This document shows positions 27,621 to 40,920 of a stretch of DNA of 64,000 bases, piece by piece (position 1 is the first letter of the stretch; each line of letters opens with the position of its first letter). Both the position numbers and the translations under genes were made by a program. Under the pieces are notes generated by a model. The model was given only the letters and a program-made list of their open reading frames with translations, was not told the origin of the DNA and searched no databases. Source of the stretch: the human T2T-CHM13v2.0 reference genome, Homo sapiens; assembly GCF_009914755.1 (NCBI RefSeq), contig NC_060927.1, one strand, 5' to 3'.

Positions 27621-29045
27621 AAACACTCTCTAGTGGCTGTTTCTGTATGGATAGATAGATGGATAGATAAAGACAGTAATTTTAAAAAATAATGAGAAGA
27701 AACAAATCTTGCAGAGATGATGATTATGGTTTCTCATGAACTGCAGAATATCTGAGTTTAAAAACGGTTTTAAATTTTTTCTTTAAAGAACATACCAACA
27801 ATCACCATTCCAAATCTTCACTCTACCATTATTCATGTGATTAGCCAATTGTGCTCTCATTGAAAAGAACCTTTAGTTTTTCTTCCTTATTGGTAAAAGA
27901 CTCCTCTGTTCAGCTAGTAAGAATAACACACTTCTCAGTAACCTCCATGCTGATCTCTGTTTACTCTCTGGTCATTAAACAGGAGCTTTCTCTTTCTAAT
28001 TAAAGCTTTCCCTGACAGAGTTGCCTTCGAGCAGGTGTACTGAAGTTCCTTTGAAATGATGAAATGGGAGAAGCAAGTGAGTCTTTATATTTTCCTTTTT
28101 AAGTTGCCACTGTTCTCTCACAGTATTAGATGGCAATGCCTAAACATCTCTGTATTTTGACTAATTTATAATTTCAAGTAATAGACAAAACTACTAAGTG
28201 TAAAGGCAAAACTCTAAAGCAATTCCATGCAATCTCAAAAAAATCTAGTGCCAATTTCTCTAGGTAAATTATGGTTCCTTTACCACCATAATTTATAAAT
28301 ATTTGATATTTCCAATGTGCAATAAACTAGGCACATCATGTGAAACTTGGTATAGGAGGAAATGTAGTTTTAAAAAACACTGACATACTCAGAAAACTGT
28401 CATGTAACATTCCTTTCCCAGTGACCTCTAAAAGACTTTTTCTAAACTCGTTTGATTTGTGTTATCTAAAATGTTGCTTCCTTCCTCTGGCCTTCTCTCT
28501 TAGCTTTGTGACTGTCAATGGGGGATTTACTTTGAATGTCCCTACAAGTTGATTGATTAATACGACAATATAGTCTAGGTCAGAAACTGCCACCAAGGCT
28601 GATGTATTGATTGCACTATCAACTGAAATACTGAAATAACATTATGTAGAAAAACCCAGTTAGATTTTTTTTTTAATCTGAAAACATATTACCGTGAAAG
28701 CAACAGAGGTAGGAAGGAGCATCTCCCTTGACCTAGCAAGCCTTATTTAATACATGTCAAAATAAATGATGCAGTCAAGAAAACATTTAATATGATCAAG
28801 CAATGCAGCCACCTATAGGAAGTTTCACACAGTGAGGCATGGGCAGAAATGCCTTCAGGCTTACATAAAGATGGGATCATTATTGGATGTGCCTTCAAAC
28901 AATTAGGCTGATAAAAGTTGAAAATCCATTTTGAGCATCTGATTTTGGCCCCCTGATTATCCTGAAATGTGTCCAAAAGGCAAGACCCCTCCCCCAAGTG
29001 CATCCAGTACGCAAAACTTCAAGCCAAAGAATATATAGGCGTATA

Positions 29046-29333
29046 TTTTTTTGATACAGGGTCTCACTCCCGTTGCCCAGGCTGGAATACGGTGGCACAA
29101 TCTCAGCTCACTGCAGCCTTGGTCTCCCAGACTCAAGTGATCTCACATCAGTCTCTCAAGTAGCTGGTACTACAGGTGTAGGACACCACTTCTGACTAAT
29201 ATTTTGCATTTTTAGTAGAGACGAGATTTCACCATGTAGCTGAGGCTGGTCTCAAACTCCTGGGCTCAAACAATGCACTTACCCAGGCCTCCCAAAGTGC
29301 TGGGATCACAAGCTTGAGCCACCATACATGGCC
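29046..29333 (-). mobile_element. AluJ
   Basis: CTCACTGCAGCCTTG, CTCCTGGGCTCAA (J-type); TSD-like CAAAGA(A/T)TATAT at 29025-29036 and 29334-29345. Confidence 0.9.
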
Positions 29334-30050
29334 CAAAGATTATATCTTGAGACTTAAGGTTTAATGTTATTTCCCCTGTTAGGTTCTGGGACCTGTCCCT
29401 CCTTTCTTCTTTCCTGTTTCTCCATTTATAGTGGGCATATCTGTCCTGGGCCTGTCCCACCATTTACTTTGGAAGCACATAACATGTTTGATTTCAGCAG
29501 TTCACAGCTGGAGAGGAATTTGCCACAGGGTGAATCATCATACACTGAGTCTCACCCACATCTGATTTAAATAATATTAAGATACAATTTTTGACTTTAG
29601 GCTTTGAAGTAGATGATGGAACAAGAGAAGACTTTGGGGACTGCTGGGATATAATGTATATATTTTGCACTTGAGGACAGAAATTTTGGAGAGACAGGTG
29701 GAATGCTGTAAACAAAATGTTTATATCTCCTCTAATTTGATTATGTTGAAATCCTACCTTTCAGTGTGAGGTATTTGAAGGTGGAGCCTTTTGAGAGGTG
29801 ATTCGTTTATGAGGGCAGAGCCCTCATGGATGAGATTAGTGCCATTATAAAAAAGACACACACCCCTCCCACTTTTGCCTTGTAAGGACACAGCCATCTA
29901 TAAACTGGAAAGCAGGCTCTTACCATACACCAAATCTGTAAGCAACTTTATCTTGAACTTCCCAGCCTCCAGAACCATGATAAATAAATGTCTATTAATT
30001 ATAAATTATGCAGTCCTTGGTAGTTTTCTATAGCAGTCTGAACAGACACA
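29334..30050 (+). mobile_element. MLT1A-type internal 3' part plus LTR (LTR ~29704-30050)
   Basis: CAGTTCACAGCTGGAGAGGAATTTGCC and AGACTTTGGGGACTG (internal); TATGTTGAAATCCTA...CCCAGCCTCCAGAAC...AAATAAAT (LTR). Confidence 0.82.
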
Positions 30051-30494
30051 CCCCAGTTTCAAAATTTCATAGAAACCATTAATAATATGCAGGAAACTTA
30101 AAATTCCTTCAGGGTCAAGAATATCTTTACCAGAAAAGTATAGAGTATCTACATCTCCCCATCTTTCTTCTCAATTTTTACAGGAAACACAGAAACAACA
30201 AACTAACCTAGTAGGATGGTTTTTTTTCTCTACTACTTACTTTATTTAAAATATGATTTTAACTCTACTAATTTCACAATAATTTAAAACTCAGAATCAC
30301 AAAGAGGACTCAGCTCCATACCACTTAGTTCTTGCCTTAACACATTAACACTTAGAGCCAAAGACATATAATATCTAGGCTAGTTTTTTTTAATGTAGTA
30401 TAAATATGGAATTCTACTGCACAAAGGAAGTATGAGGCAGAAGCCAAAATGTACGCAGAAGAGCATAGTAGTGCCGTGGGCAGGGCAGGGAGGG

Positions 30495-30924
30495 TGTATT
30501 AGTCCATTTTCACACTGCTGATAAAGACATACCAGAGAGTGGGTATGTCTTTATAAAATTTATAAAGGTTCACGCTGCTGGTAAAGACATACCGGAGACT
30601 GGTTGATTTATAAAGGAAAGAGGTTTAACTAACTCACAGTTCCACATGGCTGGGGAGGCCTCACAATCATGGTGGAAGGCAAGGAGGAGCAAGTCACATC
30701 TTACATGGCAGCAGACAAGAGAGAGAATGAAAGCCAAGCAAAGGGGAAACCCCTTATAAAAACATCACCTCTTGTGTGACTTATTCACTACCATAAGAAC
30801 AGTATGGGGGAAACCACCTCCATGATTCAATTATCTCCCACCAGGTCTCTCCCACAACACATGGGAATTATGGGAGCTACAATACAAGATGAGATTTGGG
30901 TGGGAGCACAGCCAAACTGTATCA
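30495..30924 (-). mobile_element. THE1 (B/C) solo LTR
   Basis: TGTATTAGTCCATTTTCACACTGCTGATAAAGACATACC...GCCAAACTGTATCA; 5-bp TSD GAGGG (30490-30494, 30925-30929). Confidence 0.93.
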
Positions 30925-31602
30925 GAGGGACAGAATCTGGTCTGTAAGCTGCTTGGCCCATTCACTCTTCCTCTGCCCTAACTCCTCCCCCAACAAATGG
31001 AATCTCAAGATCTTTACAAACCATATTTTTCAAGTTGCTGGTTTGAATTTATTAGATATGAATTAAATACCTCCAAAATACTCCTTCTATTTCCTAAAAT
31101 GCTAATTCATATTTGTTTATCTTAAAGGATATAGAATAAAGAATCTTCATTTAGAGGGAACATTAAAAACATATAGTGCATGATATTTTATTCTATCAAT
31201 CACCCAACAATTTTTTTAATAGGTCTGGAGCTTATACAAATAAATGACAGGGAATTTTCTGGTAAGGTTTTTTCCCATGACAGAGTCACCTTGTTTGTGT
31301 ACAAACCAGATTCAAGAGACTATCTTGTATGTTGCGGTTCTTGTCACAAAGGGCATCTTAATGCCCCCTCCAGACCTAGTGCCTGCAGAGAAGGAGGCAG
31401 TCTCTTAGTCCCCAAACAGTTGGCTTGTTATCTCTCATTCCCTAAAGGGGATTATCTGTATGTGTTTGCTTGAATATATATTCCCAGAAGTCTTCATCAC
31501 TGTGTTGAACACAAGTTTAATTTCATGACTACAGATTCTGACTTGGGGAAAAATATTATTTTTAGATATCAGTATTAAAAACTATGGTATTATACGAGGA
31601 GG

Positions 31603-34455
31603 TTGATATCACTTTACTGTGGATGCCAAAATAATTTATCACAAATTTGGAGGCATAAGACAATAGAAAATTGCTGTGTCATGATTCAGGAGACCAGAAG
31701 TTCTAAGTCAAGGTGCTGGCAGAACCTTGCATTCTCTGGTGCCTCTAAGAGAGAATCTGTTCTTTGCCTCTTCCAACTTCCAATGGCTGCCCCAGCCTTC
31801 TGACTCATCCAGTCTCTTCCTTCTGTGTCTTCTCCTTTTATGTGTTTCAATTATCCTTTTGCCTTTCTTTTATAAAGAAACATTTTTGGATTTAGCACTC
31901 ACCCAGATAGCCCAGAATGATCTCCTCATCTCAAGATTCTTAATTACATCTGCAAGACCCTTTATCCAAATCAGGTAACATTCACAGGTATCTAACATTA
32001 GGGTATGAACATATGTGTTTTGGGGGCCTCTATTCAACCTACTATAGTCTGCCTCTCTCTGTCTCTCAAAAAAATCACATTCATTCTATCTGCAAAACAC
32101 ATTCACCCTATCCCATCATCCTCAAAAGCCTCAACCCATTAAAGCATCTACCTTAAGTTTAAAATCTCATCAAAATATCATCAGCTAGAAAGTCCCAAAT
32201 CTCATTATCTAAATCATCCAAATAATCTATGAGCGAGACTTTGGGTATGGTCCATACCCAAAGTATGTTTGGGGTATGGGTCAAGATTGGGACAAGTTTT
32301 CTCTCCATCTGTGGACTTAAGAAACTGGAAAATAAATTATCTCCTTAAAAAATACAGTTGTGGGATAGGCATAGAATAGACATCCCCTTCTTAAACGGAG
32401 AAATTCGAATGAATAAAGAGATGGTCAGTCTAAGTTTGAAATCCAGCAAGATAAATTCTATTGGATTTCAAGGCCAATAATATTTCTCTGTGGCTTTTCT
32501 ACGTTCTGGGCCCATGACTCTGCCACCCTCTGTCTCTGCTCTGACAGCTTTACACTCAGAGTCATTCTTTGTCTTGAGGAGTATCACATGTTTGTAACCA
32601 AGTAGCTGTATTAGCCAATTTCTGGCCTGTGGTATTCCAAAAGGCCAACAGCTTTTCTTCATTTCATCCCCTGTGCTACTGTTCCCTCCAGGCTGGCAGG
32701 TTTCTCCTGATATCACATTTTCAAAAGCCATGTGGTTCTTCTATACATGTCAAGAGGATCCACTCCATTAGACAAGAGAGTTCTCCACAGCTCATTTCTA
32801 GGTAACCTCATTTCAATTCTTGGCTTCTGCTGAGATGGATCAGTGAAGCCATGAATTTCATTCCTAATTTCTTCAGCAAAACACTGTCCAGCCACACCCT
32901 TGGGCACTAATTCTAGAACATGCTTTCGCAAGAGTAAATTTTCTAATTTTAATATCGTTTTAATCTGGATAGGACAAAAACCTCTCCAAACATCAAGTGT
33001 TGCTTTCTTTTTGCTTAATAGTTTTTCCCTCAATTTATCTCTTTCCTCTCATATTTTACTATAAGCGGCAACAAGAAAGCAAGGCACAACCTTCAACATT
33101 TTGCTTGGAAATCTCCTTGCCTAAATATCCACATTCATTACTATAAATTCTATTTTCCATAAAAAATTAAATTTAGGCAAGTAAATTACAATTCAACCAA
33201 GTTTTCCATCACACTATACAGACACACCTTGTCTTAAATTGAGGGTTTGTGGCAAGGATGGGTCAAACAAGTCTATCAGCACTATTTTTCCAAAAGCACG
33301 TGCTCACTTTGTGTCACTGTGTCACGTGTCACATTTTCGTAATTCTTGCAACAATATTCGAAACTTCTCCTTATTTTCATATGTGTTATGGTGATCTGTG
33401 ATCAGTGATCTTTGATTCCAATTCACTGAAGGCTCAGGTGATCATTAGCATTTTTTAGCAATAAGTTTTTATTAAGATACGTACATTGTTTTTATCGACA
33501 TAATGCTATTGCATACCTTATAGACTATAGTATAAACATAACTTGTGTATGTACTGGAAAACCAAAAAATTCATGTGACTTGCTTTATTGCGATATTAGC
33601 TTTAAATTTTGTGGCAGTCTTGAAGGAAATCTGTCACATCTCTGAGGTATTACCTGTAATAAAGATTGCCTTTCCTCCAGTTTCCAATCATGTGTTCCTC
33701 ATTTCTTTCTCAATCCTTACCAGCAAGGTCTTTAATATTCATATTTCTACCAACATTGTGCTCATGACAATATATGTATTCTCTACGACAACAGAAATTT
33801 TCTCTACCATTCTTCTCACTTCCTTCATAGCCCTCACCAGAATCTCCTTTAGCATCTGTATTTCTGCTAACCATCTCTTCAAGGCAATCTAGTTTTTGTC
33901 TATGTTGCTTCCCCAAATTCTTCCATTCTTTACCCATTCTTCAATTCCAATACCACCTCCACATTTATAGGCATTTAGTACAGTTGCACCCTACTTCCCA
34001 ATACCAAGATCTGCTAGTTTCCTAAGGCTGCTATTGGTAATAAATTACCACCAACTTGGTAGCTTAAAAACAACAGAAATTTATGGTTGCATGATTCAGG
34101 AGGCCAGAAATCCTAAATCAAGGTATCAGTGGACCCACAATTTTCTGGGGGATCTAGGAGAGAATCCACTCTTTACCTCTCTCAGCTCCCGGTAGTTACC
34201 CTGGCTCTCCACATTCCTCCAATCTCTGCCTCCACAATCACGTTGCCTCCTCTTATTCTGCCTGTGTTATCCTCTCTTCTGTCTATGTCAAGTCTCCCTC
34301 TGTTTCCCCTTATAAAGGCACTTATCTTTGAGTTAGGACCCACGTAGATAATCCAGAATGAGTTCCTTATCTCAGGATTCTTAGTCTAATTACTTACGTT
34401 AATAGTCACAGATTTTGAGGATTAGGATCAGGACATATTCTTTTTGGGGACACCT
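31603..34455 (-). mobile_element. Proviral MLT1 (B/C-like): LTR ~31603-32046, internal, LTR ~34010-34455
   Basis: Two homologous LTRs (CATGATTCAGGAG.CCAGAA.T.CTAA.TCAAGGT; CCAGAATGA...ATCTCA.GATTC) around MLT1-int sequence. Confidence 0.85.
33219..33656 (+). mobile_element. Internally deleted Tigger1 nested in MLT1-int
   Basis: TA|CAGACACACCTT ... GAGGTATTACCTG|TA degenerate TIRs with TA TSD; GGTTTGTGGCAA..CAAGTCTATCAGCAC; GTGACTTGCTTTATTGCGATATT. Confidence 0.88.
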
Positions 34456-35057
34456 ATGGTAACTATTAGAAAGGTCAAGTTGTTTATTTTTTACTCTGAA
34501 ATAACTGGACTTTGAACATGTGAAATTCCTCTGGAGTTTGATCATCATATGATTAATAAAGGTATTGATGAGAAAAATAGGGAACGTGTGAAATATAGAC
34601 ACCATATACTAGAGTTAAGGTTACTTAAAGTTCTGGATAAATCAAAACATTATATTAAATCTGCCCCTAGATTTGAAATGTTCATTATGTGAGATAAAAT
34701 AAAAGACCTGAATCACTGTTGTATTTACAGAAGCCAAATAATTTCTATAAGGAACATACATATTTCAATGACTGTGTGAATATGTGCGTGTGGATGATGG
34801 CACACGCCATGCTCATTGTCCAGGATTTGAACCAGAACGCCCAGTAATAACTGGAGTATATGTGGAGTGGGATATACCTTTAGGACACTGCTGTTACTTA
34901 CTCCTTTCTTTTTTCTCAGATTGAATCAAGGCCTAATTGACCTTATTCAAAGTAAAAGAATTTGTGATTGAATAGTAATTTTCCCATTAATCCTTTTATG
35001 ATTCAACTAACTTATTATAATCAGGTCCCATCTCTCATATGTAAAATTTAGAAAACT

Positions 35058-35104
35058 TCAGGAGTTAAGACCAGCCTGACCAACATGGTGAAACTCCATC
35101 TCTA
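35058..35104 (+). mobile_element. Isolated 47-bp internal Alu fragment
   Basis: TCAGGAGTTAAGACCAGCCTGACCAACATGGTGAAACTCCATCTCTA. Confidence 0.85.
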
Positions 35105-35347
35105 TAAGAAGTTTGATTTAATCATAATTAAGACTCATTATTTGATGAGTCAGACTTGATGCCTTCCACAGAGTTGTGCTTATTTGTCCTCTCTTGGGGT
35201 GCTCTAGGTCTATGCTCACTGCTATTGAACACATAAAATATGTTTATTGGCCACTTGGTGTATTTAGGGCATTCTTGAAATGATGGTCAAAGATGCTTAT
35301 TGGAAGACTCTGAAATTCAAAGATGTGGAAAAGACATAAAGTGTTAG

Positions 35348-35965
35348 TGATACAGGAGCTGAAAAGAAATTATGTAGGCAGATAGTGACGGTAAGAGAGT
35401 CCTCGGTAAGGTTTCCCTTTTAATAAAAAGCAGCCCCCAAATCATTTTTTTCTAACAAAGAACACCCTGAAAAATCAAGATGCAGACATAGAAAAGCAAG
35501 CTAGAAGCTTGCACGGGTGAATGCCAGCAGCTGTGCCAATAGGAAAAGATGACCTGGGGGCCAGGTGTGTTCAACATGGAGGCTCCATCTTTCCTTTTCT
35601 TCATCACCAGGTGTACAGTAAGGAACACACAACAGGTAGATAACCCATCTGCTTAATAAAAGCTTAAGATGGGGCGACCAGCTTCTCTGCACGCTATGCA
35701 AAATGGCACAACTGGTCTGACCAATCTCTCGTCCCCTGTGTAAATCAGACACTGCCTCTCCAAGCTCATCTATAAACCCCCATCCATTTCACCACAGAAC
35801 CAGAAGACCCACTTGGGAGCCCCTCTCTTTCTGCAAGAGAGAGAGCTTTTTCTTTTCCTTTCGCCTATTAAACCTCTGCTCTTAACCTCATTCCTTGTGT
35901 GCCCAAGTCCTTGATTTCCTTGCCAACGAACCTCAGGTATTATCTAGATGAACGACAATGCTTCA
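35348..35965 (+). mobile_element. LTR9 solo LTR (ERV1, HUERS-P3 type)
   Basis: TGATACAGGAGCTGAAAAGAAATTAT...GCTTCA; 4-bp TSD TTAG (35344-35347, 35966-35969); CCAAT ~35722, TATAAA 35771, ATTAAA ~35867. Confidence 0.9.
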
Positions 35966-37349
35966 TTAGAGCCAAACTCAAGAATTAATATCCTAAAAAG
36001 GATATTCAGAAAAAGTCAGTATGGAGAATTCAAGGAGAGCTTCATATCTTTGAATTCAATAACATGAATATTTAAATTTATGTAATTATGTGTGTATTAT
36101 TCCACATTGCATTAAGAGATCCTTCAGTCCACTGATCCTCAGAGATATGAGATGGTCTTATTGGGTTAGTAATTCACTATAGTTATATAGACTCTGAATA
36201 TATAGACAGAGTTCTCCAAAATAGAAAAGTAAATACATGTCAATATAATGAGTCTTCAAAAGTAATCCAAATGATACAGTAAATGTAAATGAATGAAACC
36301 ACATTTATATCACAGAGCTTCATACTAACCGATTTTCATAAATTTACCAAAGTGCTCAAACTAATTACATAACTAGAGGAAAAATGTATATTTACTGTTG
36401 TATAACCTAAAATGTGTGTAGCCCTGTTGAGTCTGAGTACAAAGAATAATGTTTCCTCCTCCAATTAATATTATGAAATACAAAAAAATGCATTCATTTT
36501 CTCTGATTGACAGCCCCAATTTTGGATATATATTCTAACTAATGGAATACTGCAATACATGACTCAATTACAGTTGTTCAGTTGTCTATTTTGTAAAGTG
36601 AGAACAGTTTGAATTATATATGATTTTATTGTGTATGTGTCATGGTATCTCAACTGACAACACTACCATTGGTAAATTTGGCTCTAATGAGAAACTTATC
36701 TACATGCATATAACCCTATCCAATTGCTCATTTCCTATCTATTGTTATTTGTGGAAGAAATGGAAATGCCTTCATACTTGCATTTGACACAAGAGTACAT
36801 TTAAAATTGAATACGGTCTCAAACCAATGGCATATAGGCCACATCTATGCAGTACTAAAGAAACAAATAATCCCTCTATCCCTAAACTCCATCCCTAAAA
36901 TAATCTTTCTCCACCCCAAAAAATGATTTAAAAAGGGAAAAAAAACAAAACAAGGCTGGTTTCTGATTTCATATAACCAATAAGGTGCTCCCCAAATATT
37001 TCATTTTAGCCTTGTCCAAATTTGTGGACAATACCATATTTTATATGACAGTTTTCAGCAAACTAAAGTGAGTTGACAGATTTCAGTTCTTCCATGTGTC
37101 TAATTGTTCATGCCAATTGATATGAATTAGGTAAGCCCAAAGATAAATACTACACAAATGCTACTGGCCAGCTTTCAGTTAATGAAATAGCAATATAAAG
37201 GCAGGCTTGGACTTAATTATTTATCTAAAGAGTCTCAAAATGTTTCACTGCCTAACATTTTCCTATAGTTGGGGTAGCAAGCACTATAGAGAAGAGAACA
37301 AAAGAGTATTGAGATGCTCGTTGAAGACTAGATTGTTTTTGTAGTAATG

Positions 37350-37475
37350 GGTGTTGTCTCACTACTTAGCTGTATGAGTGTATGCAACTTAACCTCTTGG
37401 GGCTCAGTTTCCTCATACCTAAAATGAAGAGGCCAAATACGATGATCACCAGCATTCTTGAAGCTCTAACATTAC
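37350..37475 (+). mobile_element. MIR
   Basis: ACTTAACCTCTTGGGGCTCAGTTTCCTCATACCTAAAATG. Confidence 0.75.
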
Positions 37476-38839
37476 CTGGATATATTGATCAGTCTTTCTG
37501 CTACCTTATTAAAGCTGACTCTTCAATTCTTGTGTCATTCTAGCAACTTCTTAGAGACTTTAGGAACATAAATTCTAAGCTAATATTTTTCCAGGCACAA
37601 TAATCAATATCATGAATTGATATTTACATAGCATTTTGAAACTAGTAAAAATCAAGTAAGTTCCATTAATAAAGATTGGTTCAGGTTTACACAGATATAG
37701 ATTGAAAGGGATGTTATTCCAAGATTCTGTGACCTAGTGCTATTTCTACTAGACCACACTGCTTCTTCCTCCATGAAAGAAAACAAGCACCAAGCACTAC
37801 CTGAATATTCTTTATTTTTGCATTTTTTTCAAACTTGAGGTTAAATTAGAAAAATATTATTCCTCTTGTTTGGGGCAAGAGGTTGAGCTACAATGGCATT
37901 TTAAAAAATGAAATAAGATATTTTGGACTTAATGGTTTATATTTAGTTTTCTAGCAGGCAATCACAAAATCCCTTCAAAGATTGTTCAGAAATCCATTCG
38001 TGTATGCATGCAATTTGCTGCTGTGCATAGGCAAATTGATTTTTCTATATTCACAGTGATGCATAGTTTGTCATTTTATAAGTAAGCTGCATTGCTGAAT
38101 TGATATAATCAATAATCACAAAGATTCATTGGCTACCTTTTGTTTTCATAATGCAGTATCTGCAATGAATAACTTGACAGATCATAACTAGTGAAAATAT
38201 TTGCCATTTATACGAAAAACCATATGTTATTCTGAAAATTACTATTCATTGTTAAATATTCCGACTTAAAAAACATGGTGGTTCAACAGTCAGAAAAATA
38301 TTACACAGATCACAGCTATTTAAAGATGTCTACAAGAACATGCCATTTTGGTGTATTTCAGAAACCCAAATGCATGGAAAAACCTCTGACCAATGCTATT
38401 TTTCAGCATCTCTATCCTCTCTAGCAATCATCCAACATGAATTCATATAGACAAATGGAATGCTTTTGAGAGTTAAACATGATAGAAATTACTTACAAAA
38501 GTCTTATTTCATATGGAGAAGGAACTTTAAATTTGACCAAAACATGTGTTAATTTAGCCACATTTAAGTTGTTTTTGAAGTGAGTTTTATTTACTTCTCC
38601 TAAGTCATTAAATAAAGTGAAATTGTAATGAAAGGGTTTTTACAATTCTTTAAAATGATTTCATATATTCCTTTCATCATTTTTAGTTTATCCCTGTTAG
38701 TGCAACTTAGTATCAAATATAAAATGAAAAATAGCTTTATTTTATATTGACTATATTATTTATGACATGAAAATAGTATCTGCTTGCAATTAAAATTCAT
38801 TCATATTATGCAAAACCATTTATTAATTCATTCAGTTTT

Positions 38840-39175
38840 ATTCATTCTTTCATTGATTCATTTATTTGTTCAATTATCTAATAAGTATTTATAAGCATCA
38901 ACTATGTGTCAGATTTTATCCTAAACAGAAAGGTAGGAGTGAACAAAAGTCAAAATCCTTATTCTTATGGAATTTACAATCTAGTGGAAGAAGACAGAAA
39001 ATAAACAAGAGTATCATGAGGTAATAAACTTTGTCAATATAACTAAAGCAGAATAAGAGCAGAGGGAGTGATATAGTGGGGTTGTGCTATTTTTCATAGT
39101 GAGGCAAAAGAGGGCATTTCTGATAAGATGATACTTGAAAAGAGACCCAGATGAAATGAGAGCACAGGCTATAAC
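38840..39175 (-). mobile_element. L2 3' fragment
   Basis: (ATTC)n-like tail, then AAGTATTTATAAGCATCAACTATGTGTCAG...CTTATGGAATTTACAATCTAGTGG. Confidence 0.8.
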
Positions 39176-39485
39176 AAAACTTCCTTTTTTTTGGTATAAT
39201 GCTGCTAATCCTCTAATCAGCTTAATATATTCTCTAAATTACACTCAGTAATTAGTAAAAATTAATTTTTGTTGATCAATAGGATGAATGAATTGATTCA
39301 CTATTATGAGATTCTGTAAGTTGGAAAATGAGGTTGGGTCCTTACATATATTTCACCTCCTTGATTCGTTAACATTTTTAAAATATATAGTTATTTCAGA
39401 TTAAAAATATAATGAAACAGTAAAAATGTCATTTTGCATCATAATTAATTGAATATTGTTAAATGAATGAATGGATATGAGTTAA

Positions 39486-39893
<408 letters not shown>

Positions 39894-40769
39894 TAATTGT
39901 CCAGGAACCATGAATTTATATCATAAAATAATCTACTTAGTTTTTCAACAGCTTCATTAAATAGAATATTATCCCTTTAATTGAACTGATATTCACTTCT
40001 CTTAAAAGTAGAGAGAATGTCTACCCTTTGGATTTATACAAATATAACTCTGGTGAGCTAGGTAAGGAATGCTCACCCTTAGGTTAGTGACATTCCTAAA
40101 GCTGATAATATATGCTACCTGCTGTCATTACTATTCCTGGACTCTCTGGCAAGCAGTATGGGATACTTGAGAAGTAGGTCGTTCACCAAATTAAGCTGCA
40201 GCTCTTATTTGCCTCTGGTTCATATTCCATTATAATTCTCAGTAGGTCAATTCCAACTATCCTCATTATGTGTCAAATACCTTTTGATGCCAATAACATC
40301 AAGGCTAAAATGATGGTAGGTCAACCCAGTTCATGACAGTACACTTGAAAAGGACATTTTCCATCTTTTTTTCCTGCTTTCTTGATCTCAATCCTGAAAG
40401 GTCTAATACCATATTGCTCATTCATAAACATAATGTCTCTTTCACTCACCTTACAACAAGTAAGCAGATGCTTTGCAATGATGAACCTTGATTTTGCTTT
40501 GAAAAGCAATGTAGTTATGCTTTATTTTTACCTCATACAAGTGAGGAACTGATGCATATGGTAAGATTTTCTATAACACTAAGTCCATGGCCCATAAAAT
40601 GTGATTTTAAATGTCAAAAACTTTTTTATAAATAGCATTTTTAAATGGAGTCCATAAATAAGATCTTTCTTTCTTCAAGTATAATGATTTTACTACGATG
40701 TTCCTGTTGAGCACACTTTTGATACAACTATGCCTATGGACTCCTATACTGTTTATCCAGTTCTGCTGT

Positions 40770-40920
40770 CTTGTTCTATTGTGAGATACTTGGAAAGATA
40801 GTGAATTCCTCATCCCTGGAGGCATTTTTTAATACTTGGTGAAATCACAGTAGAAGAAGCTCAAGCACTGGATGCAGGATTGAACCCAATGACATTTAAT
40901 TTCACTGATAACCCAAGATG
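40770..40920 (+). mobile_element. L3/CR1 3' fragment
   Basis: TAGTGAATTCCTCATCCCTGGAGGCATT...GGATTGAACCCAATGAC resembles the CR1/L3 3' end. Confidence 0.55.
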
